Origin: Eledone cirrhosa
Taxonomy: Eukaryota
Direction of reading: 5' to 3'
NCBI GenBank assembly: GCA_964016885.1
Contig: OZ024756.1
Location: 5,456,001-5,520,000 of the forward strand
DNA: 64,000 bases
The stretch's first letter is position 1. Each line of letters begins with the position of its first letter. This document shows positions 12,701 through 26,770 of the stretch, in pieces. A program made the position numbers and the translations under genes. The notes under the pieces are model-generated. The model searched no databases and was not told the DNA's origin. It was given only the letters and a program-made list of their open reading frames with translations.

Positions 12701-15700
12701 TGGTGTATATGTTTACCTTGGTGTACATGTTTACCTTGGTGTACATGTCTACCTTGGTGTACATGTTTACCTTGGTGTACATGTTTACCTTGGTGTATAT
12801 GTCTACCTCGGTGTACATGTCTACATTGGTGTACATGTTTACCTTGGTGTACATGTCTACCTTGGTGTACATGTTTACCTTGGTGTACATGTCTACCTTG
12901 GTGTACATGTCTACCTTGGTGTACATGTTTACCTTGGTGTACATGTCTACCTTGGTGTACATGTTTACCTTGGTGTACATGTTTACCTTGGTGTACATGT
13001 TTACCTTGGTGTACATGTCTACCTTGGTGTACATGTTTACCTTGGTGTACATGTTTACCTTGGTGTTTATGTCTACCTTGGTGTACATGTCTACCTTGGT
13101 GTACATGTTTACCTTGGTGTACATGTCTACCTTGGTGTACATGTTTACCTTGGTGTACATGTCTACCTTGGTGTACATGTTTACCTTGGTGTACATGTCT
13201 ACCTTGGTGTACATGTTTACCTTGGTGTACATGTCTACCTTGGTGTACATGTTACCTTGGTGTACATGTCTACCTTGGTGTACATGTTTACCTTGGTGTA
13301 CATGTCTACCTTGGTGTACATGTCTACCTTGGTGTACATGTTTACCTTGGTGTATATGTTTACTTTGGTGTACATGTTTACCTTGGTGTACATGTTTACC
13401 TTGGTGTACATGTTTACCTTGGTGTTTATGTCTACCTTGGTGTACATGTCTACCTTGGTGTACATGTTTACCTTGGTGTGTCATGTCTACCTTGGTGTAC
13501 ATGTTTACCTTGGTGTACATGTTTACCTTGGTGTACATGTCTACCTTGGTGTTTATGTCTACCTTGGTGTACATGTCTACCTTGGTGTACATGTTTACCT
13601 TGGTGTACATGTCTACCTTGGTGTACATGTTTACCTTGGTGTACATGTCTACCTTGGTGTACATGTTTACCTTGGTGTACATGTTTACCTTGGTGTTTAT
13701 CTCTACCTTGGTGAACATGTCTACCTTGGTGTACATGTTTACCTTGGTGTACATGTCTACCTTTGTGTACATGTCTACCTTGGTGTACATGTCTACCTTG
13801 GTGTACATGTTTACCTTGGTGTACATGTCTACCTTGGTGTAAATGTTTACCTTGGTGTACATGTTTACCTTAGTGTTTATGTCTACCTTGGTGTACATGT
13901 CTACCTTGGTGTACATGTTTACCTTGGTGTACATGTCTACCTTGGTGTACATGTTTACCTTGGTGTAAATGTTTACCTTGGTGTACATGTCTACCTTGGT
14001 GTACATGTCTACCTTGGTGTTTATGTCTACCTTGGTGTACATGTTACCTTGGTGTACATGTTTACCTTGGTGTACATGTTACCTTGGTGTACATGTTTAC
14101 CTTGGTGTACATGTCTACCTTGGTGTTTATGTCTACCTTGGTGTACATGTCTACCTTGGTGTACACGTCTACCTTGGTGTACATGTCTACCTTGGTGTAC
14201 ATGTTTACCTTGGTGTACATGTCTACCTTGCTGTACATGTTTACCTTGGTGTACATGTTTACCTTGGTGTACATGTCTACCTTGGTGTACATGTTTACCT
14301 TGGTGTACATGTCTACCTTGGTGTACATGTCTACCTTGGTGTACATGTTTACCTTGGTGTACATGTCTACCTTGGTGTACATGTTTACCTTGGTGTACAT
14401 GTTTACCTTGGTGTACATGTTTACCTTGATGTACATGTCTACCTTGGTGTACATGTTTACCTTGGTGTACATGTTTACCTTGGTGTTTATGTCTACCTTG
14501 GTGTACATGTCTACCTTGGTGTACATGTTTACCTTGGTGTACATGTCTACCTTGGTGTACATGTTTACCTTGGTGTACATGTCTACCTTGGTGTACATGT
14601 TTACCTTGGTGTACATGTCGACCTTGGTGTACATGTTTACCTTGGTGTACATGTCTACCTTGGTGTACATGTTTACCTTGGTGTACATGTCTACCTTGGT
14701 GTACATGTTTACCTCGGTGTACATGTTTACCTTGGTGTACATGTCTACCTTGGTGTACATGTTTACCTTGGTGTATATGTTTACTTTGGTGTACATGTTT
14801 ACCTTGGTGTACATGTTTACCTTGGTTTACATGTTTACCTTGGTGTTTATGTATACCTTGGTGTACATGTCTACCTTGGTGTACATGTTTACCTTGGTGT
14901 ACATGTCTACCTTGGTGTACATGTTTACCTTGGTGTACATGTTTACCTTGGTGTACATGTCTACCTTGGTGTTTATGTCTACCTTGGTGTACATGTCTAC
15001 CTTGGTGTACATGTTTACCTTGGTGTACATGTCTACCTTGGTGTACATGTCTACCTTGGTGTACATGTTTACCTTGGTGTACATGTCTACCTTGGTGTAC
15101 ATGTTTACCTTGGTGTACATGTCTACCTTGGTTTACATGTTTACCTTGGTGTACATGTCTACCTTGGGGTACATGTTTACCTTGGTGTACATGTTTACCT
15201 TGGTGTTTATGTCTACCTTGGTGTACATGTCTACCTTGGTGTACATGTTTACCTTGGTGTACATGTTTACCTTGGTGTACATGTTTACCTTGGTGTACAT
15301 GTCTACCTTGGTGTACATGTCTACCTTGGTGTACATGTTTACCTTGGTGTATATGTTTACTTTGGTGTACATGTTTACCTTGGTGTACATGTTTACCTTG
15401 GTGTACATGTCTACCTTGGTGTACATGTTTACCTTGGTGTATATGTTTACTTTGGTGTACATGTTTACCTTGGTGTACATGTCTACCTTGGTGTACATGT
15501 TTACCTTGGTGTATATGTTTACTTTGGTGTACATGTTACCTTGGTGTACATGTCTACCTTGGTGTACATGTTTACCTTGGTGTACATGTCTACCTTGGTG
15601 TATATGTTTACCTTGGTGTACATGTTTACCTTGGTGTACATGTCTACCTTGGTGTACATGTTTACCTTGGTGTACATGTTTACCTTGGTGTATATGTCTA

Positions 15701-18700
15701 CCTCGGTGTACATGTCTACCTTGGTGTACATGTTTACCTTGGTGTACATGTCTACCTTGGTGTACATGTTTACCTTGGTGTACATGTCTACCTTGGTGTA
15801 CATGTCTACCTTGGTGTACATGTTTACCTTGGTGTACATGTCTACCTTGGTGTACATGTTTACCTTGGTGTACATGTTTACCTTGGTGTACATGTTTACC
15901 TTGGTGTACATGTCTACCTTGGTGTACATGTTTACCTTGGTGTACATGTTTACCTTGGTGTTTATGTCTACCTTGGTGTACATGTCTACCTTGGTGTACA
16001 TGTTTACCTTGGTGTACATGTCTACCTTGGTGTACATGTTTACCTTGGTGTACATGTCTACCTTGGTGTACATGTTTACCTTGGTGTACATGTCTACCTT
16101 GGTGTACATGTTTACCTTGGTGTACATGTCTACCTTGGTGTACATGTTACCTTGGTGTACATGTCTACCTTGGTGTACATGTTTACCTTGGTGTACATGT
16201 CTACCTTGGTGTACATGTCTACCTTGGTGTACATGTTTACCTTGGTGTATATGTTTACTTTGGTGTACATGTTTACCTTGGTGTACATGTTTACCTTGGT
16301 GTACATGTTTACCTTGGTGTTTATGTCTACCTTGGTGTACATGTCTACCTTGGTGTACATGTTTACCTTGGTGTGTCATGTCTACCTTGGTGTACATGTT
16401 TACCTTGGTGTACATGTTTACCTTGGTGTACATGTCTACCTTGGTGTTTATGTCTACCTTGGTGTACATGTCTACCTTGGTGTACATGTTTACCTTGGTG
16501 TACATGTCTACCTTGGTGTACATGTTTACCTTGGTGTACATGTCTACCTTGGTGTACATGTTTACCTTGGTGTACATGTTTACCTTGGTGTTTATCTCTA
16601 CCTTGGTGAACATGTCTACCTTGGTGTACATGTTTACCTTGGTGTACATGTCTACCTTGGTGTTCATGTCTACCTTGGTGTACATGTCTACCTTGGTGTA
16701 CATGTTTACCTTGGTGTACATGTCTACCTTGGTGTAAATGTTTACCTTGGTGTACATGTTTACCTTAGTGTTTATGTCTACCTTGGTGTACATGTCTACC
16801 TTGGTGTACATGTTTACCTTGGTGTACATGTCTACCTTGGTGTACATGTTTACCTTGGTGTAAATGTTTACCTTGGTGTACATGTCTACCTTGGTGTACA
16901 TGTCTACCTTGGTGTTTATGTCTACCTTGGTGTACATGTTACCTTGGTGTACATGTTTACCTTGGTGTACATGTTACCTTGGTGTACATGTTTACCTTGG
17001 TGTACATGTCTACCTTGGTGTTTATGTCTACCTTGGTGTACATGTCTACCTTGGTGTACACGTCTACCTTGGTGTACATGTCTACCTTGGTGTACATGTT
17101 TACCTTGGTGTACATGTCTACCTTGCTGTACATGTTTACCTTGGTGTACATGTCTACCTTGGTGTACATGTTTACCTTGGTGTACATGTCTACCTTGGTG
17201 TACATGTCTACCTTGGTGTACATGTTTACCTTGGTGTACATGTCTACCTTGGTGTACATGTTTACCTTGGTGTACATGTTTACCTTGGTGTACATGTTTA
17301 CCTTGATGTACATGTCTACCTTGGTGTACATGTTTACCTTGGTGTACATGTTTACCTTGGTGTTTATGTCTACCTTGGTGTACATGTCTACCTTGGTGTA
17401 CATGTTTACCTTGGTGTACATGTCTACCTTGGTGTACATGTTTACCTTGGTGTACATGTCTACCTTGGTGTACATGTTTACCTTGGTGTACATGTCGACC
17501 TTGGTGTACATGTTTACCTTGGTGTACATGTCTACCTTGGTGTACATGTTTACCTTGGTGTACATGTCTACCTTGGTGTACATGTTTACCTCGGTGTACA
17601 TGTTTACCTTGGTGTACATGTCTACCTTGGTGTACATGTTTACCTTGGTGTATATGTTTACTTTGGTGTACATGTTTACCTTGGTGTACATGTTTACCTT
17701 GGTTTACATGTTTACCTTGGTGTTTATGTATACCTTGGTGTACATGTCTACCTTGGTGTACATGTTTACCTTGGTGTACATGTCTACCTTGGTGTACATG
17801 TTTACCTTGGTGTACATGTTTACCTTGGTGTACATGTCTACCTTGGTGTTTATGTCTACCTTGGTGTACATGTCTACCTTGGTGTACATGTTTACCTTGG
17901 TGTACATGTCTACCTTGGTGTACATGTCTACCTTGGTGTACATGTTTACCTTGGTGTACATGTCTACCTTGGTGTACATGTTTACCTTGGTGTACATGTC
18001 TACCTTGGTTTACATGTTTACCTTGGTGTACATGTCTACCTTGGGGTACATGTTTACCTTGGTGTACATGTTTACCTTGGTGTTTATGTCTACCTTGGTG
18101 TACATGTCTACCTTGGTGTACATGTTTACCTTGGTGTACATGTTTACCTTGGTGTACATGTTTACCTTGGTGTACATGTCTACCTTGGTGTACATGTCTA
18201 CCTTGGTGTACATGTTTACCTTGGTGTATATGTTTACTTTGGTGTACATGTTTACCTTGGTGTACATGTTTACCTTGGTGTACATGTCTACCTTGGTGTA
18301 CATGTTTACCTTGGTGTATATGTTTACTTTGGTGTACATGTTTACCTTGGTGTACATGTCTACCTTGGTGTACATGTTTACCTTGGTGTATATGTTTACT
18401 TTGGTGTACATGTTACCTTGGTGTACATGTCTACCTTGGTGTACATGTTTACCTTGGTGTACATGTCTACCTTGGTGTATATGTTTACCTTGGTGTACAT
18501 GTTTACCTTGGTGTACATGTTTACCTTGGTGTACATGTTTACCTTGGTGTACATGTTTACCTTGATGTACTTGTTTACCTTGGTGTACATGTTTACCTTG
18601 GTGTACATGTTTACCTTGGTGTATATGTCTACCTTGGTGTACTTGTTTACCTTGGTGTACATGTTTACCTTGGTGTACATGTCTACCTTGGTGTACATGT

Positions 18701-21700
18701 TTACCTTGGTGTACATGTTTACCTTGGTGTACATGTTTACCTTGGTGTACATGTTTACCTTGGTGTATATGTTTACCTTGATGTACTTGTTTACCTTGGT
18801 GTATATGTTTACCTTGGTGTACATGTTTACCTTGGTGTACATGTTTACCTTGTTGTACATGTTTACCATGGAGTACATGCTTACCTTGGTGTACATGTTT
18901 ACCATGGAGTACATGTTTACATTGGTGTACATGTTTACCTTGGTGTACATGTTTACCTTGATGTACTTGTTTACCTTGGTGTACATGTCTACCTTGGTGT
19001 ACATGTCTACCTTGGTGTACATGTTTACCTTGGTGTACATCTCTACCTTGGTGTACATGTCTACCTTGGTGTACTTGTTTACTTTGGTGTACATGTTTAC
19101 CTTGATGTACATGTTTACCTTGGTGTACATGTTTACCTTGGTGTACATGTCTACCTTGGTGTACATGTTACTTTGGTGTACATGTCTACCTTGGTGTACA
19201 TGTTTACCTTGGTGTACATGTTTACCTTGGTGTATATGTTTACCTTGGTGTATATGTTTACCTTGGTGTACATGTTTACCTTGGTGTACATGTCTACCTT
19301 GGTGTACATGTCTACCTTGGTGTATATGTTTACCTCGGTGTACATGTTTACCTTGGTGTACATGTTTACCTTGGTGTACATGTCTACCTTGGTGGACATG
19401 TTTACCTTGGTGTACATGTTTACCTTGGTGTACATGTTTACCTTGGTGTACATGTCTACCTTGGTGTATATGTTTACCTCGGTGTACATGTCTACCTTGG
19501 TGTACATGTTTACCTTGGTGTACATGTCTACCTTGGTGTACATGTCTACCTTGGTGTACATGTTTACCTTGGTGTACATGTTTACCTTGGTGTACATGTC
19601 TACCTTGGTGTACATGTCTACCTTGGTGTACATGTTTACCTTGGTGTACTTGTTTACCTTGGTGTACATGTTTACCATGGAGTACATGTTTACCTTGGTG
19701 TACATGTTTACCTTGGTGTACATGTCTACCTTGGTGTACATGTCTACCTTGGTGTACATGTTTCCCTTGGTGTACTTGTTTACCTTGGTGTATATGTTTA
19801 CCTTGGTGTACATGTTACTTTGGTGTACATGTTACTTTGGTGTACATGTTTACTTTGGTGTACATGTCTACCTTGGTGTACATGTTTACCTTGGTGTACA
19901 TGTCTACCTTGGTGTACATGTTTACTTTGGTGTACATGTTTACTTTGGTGTACATGTTTACTTTGGTGTACATGTTACCTTGGTGTACATGTTTACCTTG
20001 GTGTACATGTCTACCTTGGTGTACATGTTTACCTTGGTGTACAGGTTTACTTTGGTGTACATGTTTACTTTGGCGTACATGTTACTTTGGTGTACATGTT
20101 TACTTTGGTGTACATGTTACTTTGGTGTACATCTTTACTTTGGTGTACATGTCTACCTTGGTGTACATGTTTACTTTGGTGTACATGTCTACCTTGGTGT
20201 ACATGTTTACTTTGGTGTACATGTTTACCTTGGTGTACATGTTTACCTTGGTGTACATGTCTACCTTGGTGTACATGTTTACCTTGGTGTACAGGTTTAC
20301 TTTGGTGTACATGTTTACTTTGGTGTACATGTCTACCTTGGTGTACTTGTTTACCTTGGTGTACATGTCTACCTTGGTGTACTTGTTTACCTTGGTGTAC
20401 ATGTCTACCTTGGTGTACATGTTTACCTTGGTGTACAGGTTTACTTTGGTGTACATGTTTACTTTGGTGTACATGTCTACCTTGGTGTACATGTTTACCT
20501 TGGTGTACAGGTTTACTTTGGTGTACATGTCTACCTTGGTGTACATGTTTACCTTGGTGTACAGGTTTACTTTGCTGTACATGTCTACCTTGGTGTACAG
20601 GTTTACTTTGGTGTACATGTTTACCTTGGTGTACTTGTTTACCTTGGTGTACATGTTTACTTTGGTGTACATGTCTACCTTGGTGTACTTGTTTACCTTG
20701 GTGTACATGTCTACCTTGGTGTACATGTTTACCTTGGTGTACAGGTTTACTTTGGTGTACAGGTTTACTTTGGTGTACATGTCTACCTTGGTGTACTTGT
20801 TTACCTTGGTGTACATGTCTACCTTGGTGTACATGTTTACCTTGGTGTACAGGTTTACTTTGGTGTACATGTTTACTTTGGTGTACATGTCTACCTTGGT
20901 GTACTTGTTTACCTTGGTGTACATGTCTACCTTGGTGTACATGTTTACCTTGGTGTACAGGTTTACTTTGGTGTACATGTCTACCTTGGTGTACATGTTT
21001 ACCTTGGTGTACAGGTTTACTTTGGTGTACATGTCTACCTTGGTGTACAGGTTTACTTTGGTGTACATGTTTACCTTGGTGTACTTGTTTACCTTGGTGT
21101 ACATGTTTACTTTGGTGTACAGGTTTACTTTGGTGTACATGTTTACCTTGGTGTACTTGTTTACCTTGGTGTACATGTCTACCTTGGTGTACATGTTTAC
21201 CTTGGTGTACAGGTTTACTTTGGTGTACATGTTTACCTTGGTGTATATGTTTACCTTGGTGTACATGTTTACCTTGGTGTACATGTTTACCTTGGTGTAC
21301 ATGTTTACTTTGGTGTACATGTTTACTTTGGTGTACATGTTACCTTGGTGTACATGTTTACCTTGGTGTACATGTCTACCTTGGTGTATATTTTTACCTT
21401 GGTGTACATGTTTACCTTGGTGTATATGTTTACCTTGGTGTACATGTTTACCTTGGTGAATATGTTTACCTTGGTGTACATGTTTACCTTGGTGTATATG
21501 TTTACCTTGGTGTACATGTTTACCTTGGTGTACATGTTTACCTTGGTGTACATGTCTACCTTGGTGTACATGTCTACCTTGGTGTACATGTTTACCTTGG
21601 TGTACATGTTTACCTTGGTGTACATGTTTACCTTGGTGTATATGTTTACCTTGGTGTATATGTTTACCTTGGTGTACATGTTTACCTTGGTGTACATGTT

Positions 21701-22172
21701 TACCTTGGTGTACATGTCTACCTTGGTGTACATGTCTACCTTGGTGTACATGTTTACCTTGGTGTACATGTTTACTTTGGTGTACATGTCTACCTTGGTG
21801 TACATGTTTACCTTGGTGTACATGTTTACCTTGGTGTTCATGTCTACCTTGGTGTACATGTCTACCTTGGTGTACATGTCTACCTTGGTGTACATGTTTA
21901 CCTTGGTGTACATGTTTACCTTGGTGTATATGTTTACCTTGGTGTACATGTTACTTTGGTGTACATGTTTACCTTGGTGTACATGTTTACCTTGGTGTAC
22001 ATGTTTACCTTGGTGTACATGTTTACCTTGGTGTATATGTTTACCTTGGTGTACATGTTACTTTGGTGTACATGTTTACCTTGGTGTACATGTTTACCTT
22101 GGTGTACATGTTTACCTTGGTGTACATGTTTACCTTGGTGTACTTGTTTACCTTGGTGTACGTGTTTACCTT
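6783..22172. repeat. 18-bp satellite array, consensus GGTGTACATGT(T/C)TACCTT, ~850 monomers
   Basis: Uninterrupted tandem array with occasional 17- or 19-bp monomers. It explains all the VHVYLG, MYTKVN and LPWCTC ORFs. Confidence 0.99.
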
Positions 22173-23020
22173 TCATCCTTACGGGGTCGATAAAATAAAG
22201 TACCAGTAATGCACTGGGTAATTGCTGGCCTTGTGCCAAATGTAGAAACAATTATTACATATGAAGGTAGTGGATTAGTAATATCGGTAGAGCCTAGGTC
22301 AGCCGAGTTAAGGCCGTTTATGATCCGAGTTCATATCCCACCGGGGTAACCTTTGCCTTTCATCCTTACTGGGTCGATTAAATAAAGTACCAGTCACGCA
22401 CTGAGGTCGATTTAATTGACTTTCCCCTCCCGCAAATTCCTAACCTTGGGCCTATATATGGAACTGTTTCGGTAGCGGGTCGGACGTCATGCTTTGACGC
22501 ATGGAGTTACGGCCCTTTCCATTATGAGTTTAAATCCCGCCGAGGTCAACTTTGCCTTTCATCCTTACGGGGTCGATAAAATAAAGTACCAGTAATTCAC
22601 TGAGTAATTGCTGGCTTTGTGCCTAAAGTAGAAACAATTATTATTAAAGGATGGCAGCATAGTTAGGCCGTTTATATTCTGAGTTAAAATCCCGCCGAGG
22701 TCAACTTTGCCTTTCATCCTAACGGGGTCGATAAAATAAAGCACCAGTAATTCACTGAGTAATTGCTGGCCTTGTCCCCCAAATTAGAAACTATTACATT
22801 TGATGCAGTGGGATGAATTAAGAGTTGTCTGGCCAGGGGGAAAATGCTTAGTAGTATTTGTTATACATTTTTACGGTCTGGTTTTAAATCTGATCTAGGT
22901 CTACTTTGCTTTCCGTCACTGGGGGGATGATAAAATAAAGTACCAGTTACATACTGGGGTCGATGTAATCGACTTTTACCTTCTCCACAAGTTTTCGGGT
23001 CTGTGCCTCAATTAGAAATC
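22165..23020 (+). mobile_element. Head-to-tail cluster of five SINE copies
   Basis: The core CCTTTCATCCTTAC(G/T)GGGTCGAT recurs near 22170, 22357, 22556 and 22711, and in degenerate form near 22909. Confidence 0.9.
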
Positions 23021-23477
23021 ATGACTACGTTCTATCACGGTATATAAATTTTCCAGTCTTGTATTTGTGATCAGACTTGTGATGAGGTATGAGATGAAGG
23101 AGACGGCGTGGATGCCCGTCAGATTGATTGTAATTGTAATCTCTCTCTCTCTCACATATTTGTGTTAAGTATTTCCGTAGAAAAGGTAAAGGAAAGAAGA
23201 GTGCTCTATGTATAGTAGAGGACTATTTAATTACATAATAAACAACACAATATAATTATTCCATTACTATGTATATATATATATTGATTATATATATATA
23301 TATATATAAATATTCGAGGTCCGCTGGTTGGACAGTATGATAGAGTAGTCACAAGGCACAGGTAAATATCCAAATTCGAAATATAAAGATTTGCGGGTGA
23401 GCGTCTTCACTTTCGATTTGTTTGTCTTTCCTCAGACCTTTATTCTGTTTCTCCCTTATGATAAAGTTTCTATTTTG

Positions 23478-23516
23478 TACCCCTAAAGAAGGACTTAAGC
23501 CCGACACGTCGAAATA
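23478..23516 (+). ncRNA. Decayed minimal hammerhead, related to the 59503 copy
   Basis: CTAAAGA-A-GGACTTAAGCCC-GACA-CGTC has two core changes. The downstream sequence resembles 59535-59570. Confidence 0.45.
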
Positions 23517-24080
23517 TCTTTCTCTCCTTCCAATATAAAGCGTGAAACTAATAACACTGTTTTTACCTGTTTGTCGTCTCCATGAACTATATCTATATAT
23601 TCGATTTGTGATATCTTGCATTCTCGCAATATTATACAAAACTGAATTCATTCGCCTAATATAAGTGTTGCCTCCCTTGCTGAACTCCACGTGGGGTCAG
23701 TAATAGTCACACTTATGTATAGCATTTGAGCAAAAACCCGTTGATAACACGGCTTCCTTGTTCAATCATCTTACCAGAAGCCTAACATTCTTTATGTAGG
23801 CGGATAGTAATTGATTTATGGAGTCGCAGAAACCCAAATACTGGATTTTACCAACCGTCCAGGGGTCGGGGTAAATTTTCAATCACATATATTTTTATTG
23901 TTTGACCCGAATTACTTGGTCGTGTTTTTGGCTGTGCGGATGATTAGTTGAACCACCATCTCAGTGTGTTTGGCCCTTAACGTATGTTGTAGCTCTGATT
24001 CATATGAATCATCGAGCACTTGCCACACATATCGGACGTTGATTTTCGTTAATTCCTGAGCTGAAATACGATTCTCGCTA

Positions 24081-24144
<64 letters not shown>

Positions 24145-24150
<6 letters not shown>

Positions 24151-24836
24151 GGAATAAAATGAAACGAAATTTCATTTCTCACTCTTAGTACGGCACTTAC
24201 TTAAATGTAAGTATGTATGTATACGTACATACATATATGTATACAGACGTACAGTAGCATGTATATATATACATACAGGCACACATATATATATGCAGGT
24301 ATCAGTTTACCAAACATTTATTATAATGCTCGGTTTTTTAGTTTGTAAACAAACAAACAGCCTGAATTACGCCATACAGTGTTTAGGCAACCACGTCAAC
24401 TTTTTGTTCAACACTGACACAGGAACGATGTACTAGTTTCAAGCTTATTAGCTATCATCAGCACCGTATACCTATCTGCCAGATGGTTGAACGTCCGAAA
24501 GTATATACTTTCCTTATGAAAATTAACGGCTGAGCAGCCTAATTTGAATAGCGAGTGAGTTCAGTCGGCCAGGCGCACCGAAAACGATAAATGGAATAGA
24601 ATGACGATAGCTAATAAGCTTGAAACTAGTACATCGTTCCTGTGTCAGTGTTAAACAAAAAGGTGACGTGGTAGCCTAAACACTGTACGGCGTAATTCAG
24701 GCTGTTTGTTTGTTTACAAACGAACAAACCGAGCATTATAATAAATGTTCGGTAAAGTGATACGTGTGCCTGTATGTATATATATACATGCTACTGTACG
24801 TCTGTATACATATATGTATGTACGTATACATACATA

Positions 24837-24840
<4 letters not shown>
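24145..24840 (-). mobile_element. Family C element: 442-bp terminally redundant monomer plus ~235-bp inverted arm
   Basis: ATAAATGGAATA(A/G)AATGA occurs at 24145 and 24587. 24602-24840 is the reverse complement of ~24207-24460. (TA)n on both sides. Confidence 0.85.
24425..24467 (-). ncRNA. Minimal type I hammerhead ribozyme
   Basis: Minus strand reads ACGGTG-CTGATGA-T-AGCT(AATA)AGCT-T-GAA-ACTAGT-A^CATCGT. Confidence 0.9.
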
Positions 24841-24904
<64 letters not shown>

Positions 24905-24908
<4 letters not shown>

Positions 24909-25175
24909 CACAGAAAAAAGAGATTCAGTGTTGCGACGAAAGGAATTGATTGGACATATTATGTGATCAAACTTGATGTGGTGATCGAACTTGATCACCA
25001 CATGGATCGTGCCTCGAGCTGGTCTCGCGAGAAACAATTGTAATATGTCCAATAAATTCCTTTCGTCGCAACACTGATTCTCTTTTTTCTGTGATATTAT
25101 ACTCTGCTCTATGAGGGCATCGAGTGATCATACGGCCTACCGCATACGGACGCTTTAAGCATCCAACACCAATTA
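24905..25175 (+). mobile_element. Family A foldback copy retaining only the 3' half of the hammerhead
   Basis: 24907-24961 is the reverse complement of ~25041-25095. GAA-ACAATTGT-A^ATATGTC is present at 25031 and the CTGANGA half is absent. Confidence 0.75.
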
Positions 25176-25495
<320 letters not shown>

Positions 25496-25562
25496 TCACC
25501 CGTGTAAGACGTCTCGTTATTTTTGTTTTTCTTTTGTTTTTTTTTATTTGTTTTTTTTAAAC

Positions 25563-25625
<63 letters not shown>

Positions 25626-26770
25626 TACAATATGGAAGTGTATTCTCTTTTGTTCCATTGAGATCTATTTCCAGAACATTTGAGAGTTCGCGTCTAGAAA
25701 TTTAAGCTAGCAAACGGGTTATAAAGTGGAACAGGGGGGATTATATTTATTTGCAAATTTGAATAACCGATTCAGCCGAAGTTAAGGATTATGATCACTG
25801 AATGAACCCATAGTTTCCGATATAGCAGACGTGTGTTAACTTAGAAGTAAGACAATCAATATGAGAAGGAGAAGAACGAAGGGAAAATAAAAACAAGGTT
25901 ATTCTTACAATATGTTTTTTATCTTCATATAACCCCAACCTTTCAAACAGAAAAAAAAATATAGAAACTGAAATGCTTACCCTGGTGCCATTTAAAATGT
26001 CTCTAAAATTGCTTCTTCAATTTCAAAGAAATATCCTATTTCTCTACGTTAAGTTCTTACAATTACTTGATGTGTCATCATTTTCAATGATATATTTTTT
26101 ATATATTCTCCGTGGTACATTTATTTACCATTTACATCGCGTAAAAGCATTTTAAGCAAGCTTAAAAAATGCAGTAAAGAGATGAGAAAATACTAAAGAC
26201 ATGAGACAATAGTAAAGAAAACTCGCAGAGTACATAAATAAGGTGCATGCAGTAGAAGAGGAGGATTTAAAAAATGTTTGCACAAATGGAAGAAAACATC
26301 ACATTAGGAATATTCTTTCTTGGAATTCTAAACTCTTTCAAGCTCATACACACATTCATACATTCATGTAAATATACAGGCAAACATTTAACCAAGAATA
26401 CATGCAAACATACATACATATACACGCATACACACACACACATATATATATATACATACATACATACATATATACACACACACATACATATATACACAAA
26501 CATAAACACACACATATATATACATATAAACATAAAAAATATATACATACACATACACACAAACAAATATACCTACATTTATAAACACACACATACATAA
26601 ATATACATACATAAACACATACACACACATATATATATACATATAAACATATAAACATAAAAACATATATACATACACATACATACATACATAAACACAC
26701 ACACATATATATATATGCACATACATAAACACACACATATATATACATACATATATATATATATATATAT

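Noticed and set aside
6783-22172. CRISPR array
   Set aside because: No unique spacers, no cas genes, and the context is eukaryotic.
6744-22251. ORFs of up to 1531 aa (VHVYLG, LVYMFT, LPWCTC, MYTKVN repeats)
   Set aside because: An 18-bp unit without stop codons keeps several frames open on both strands, and the frames switch at 1-bp indels. These are artefacts of the satellite.
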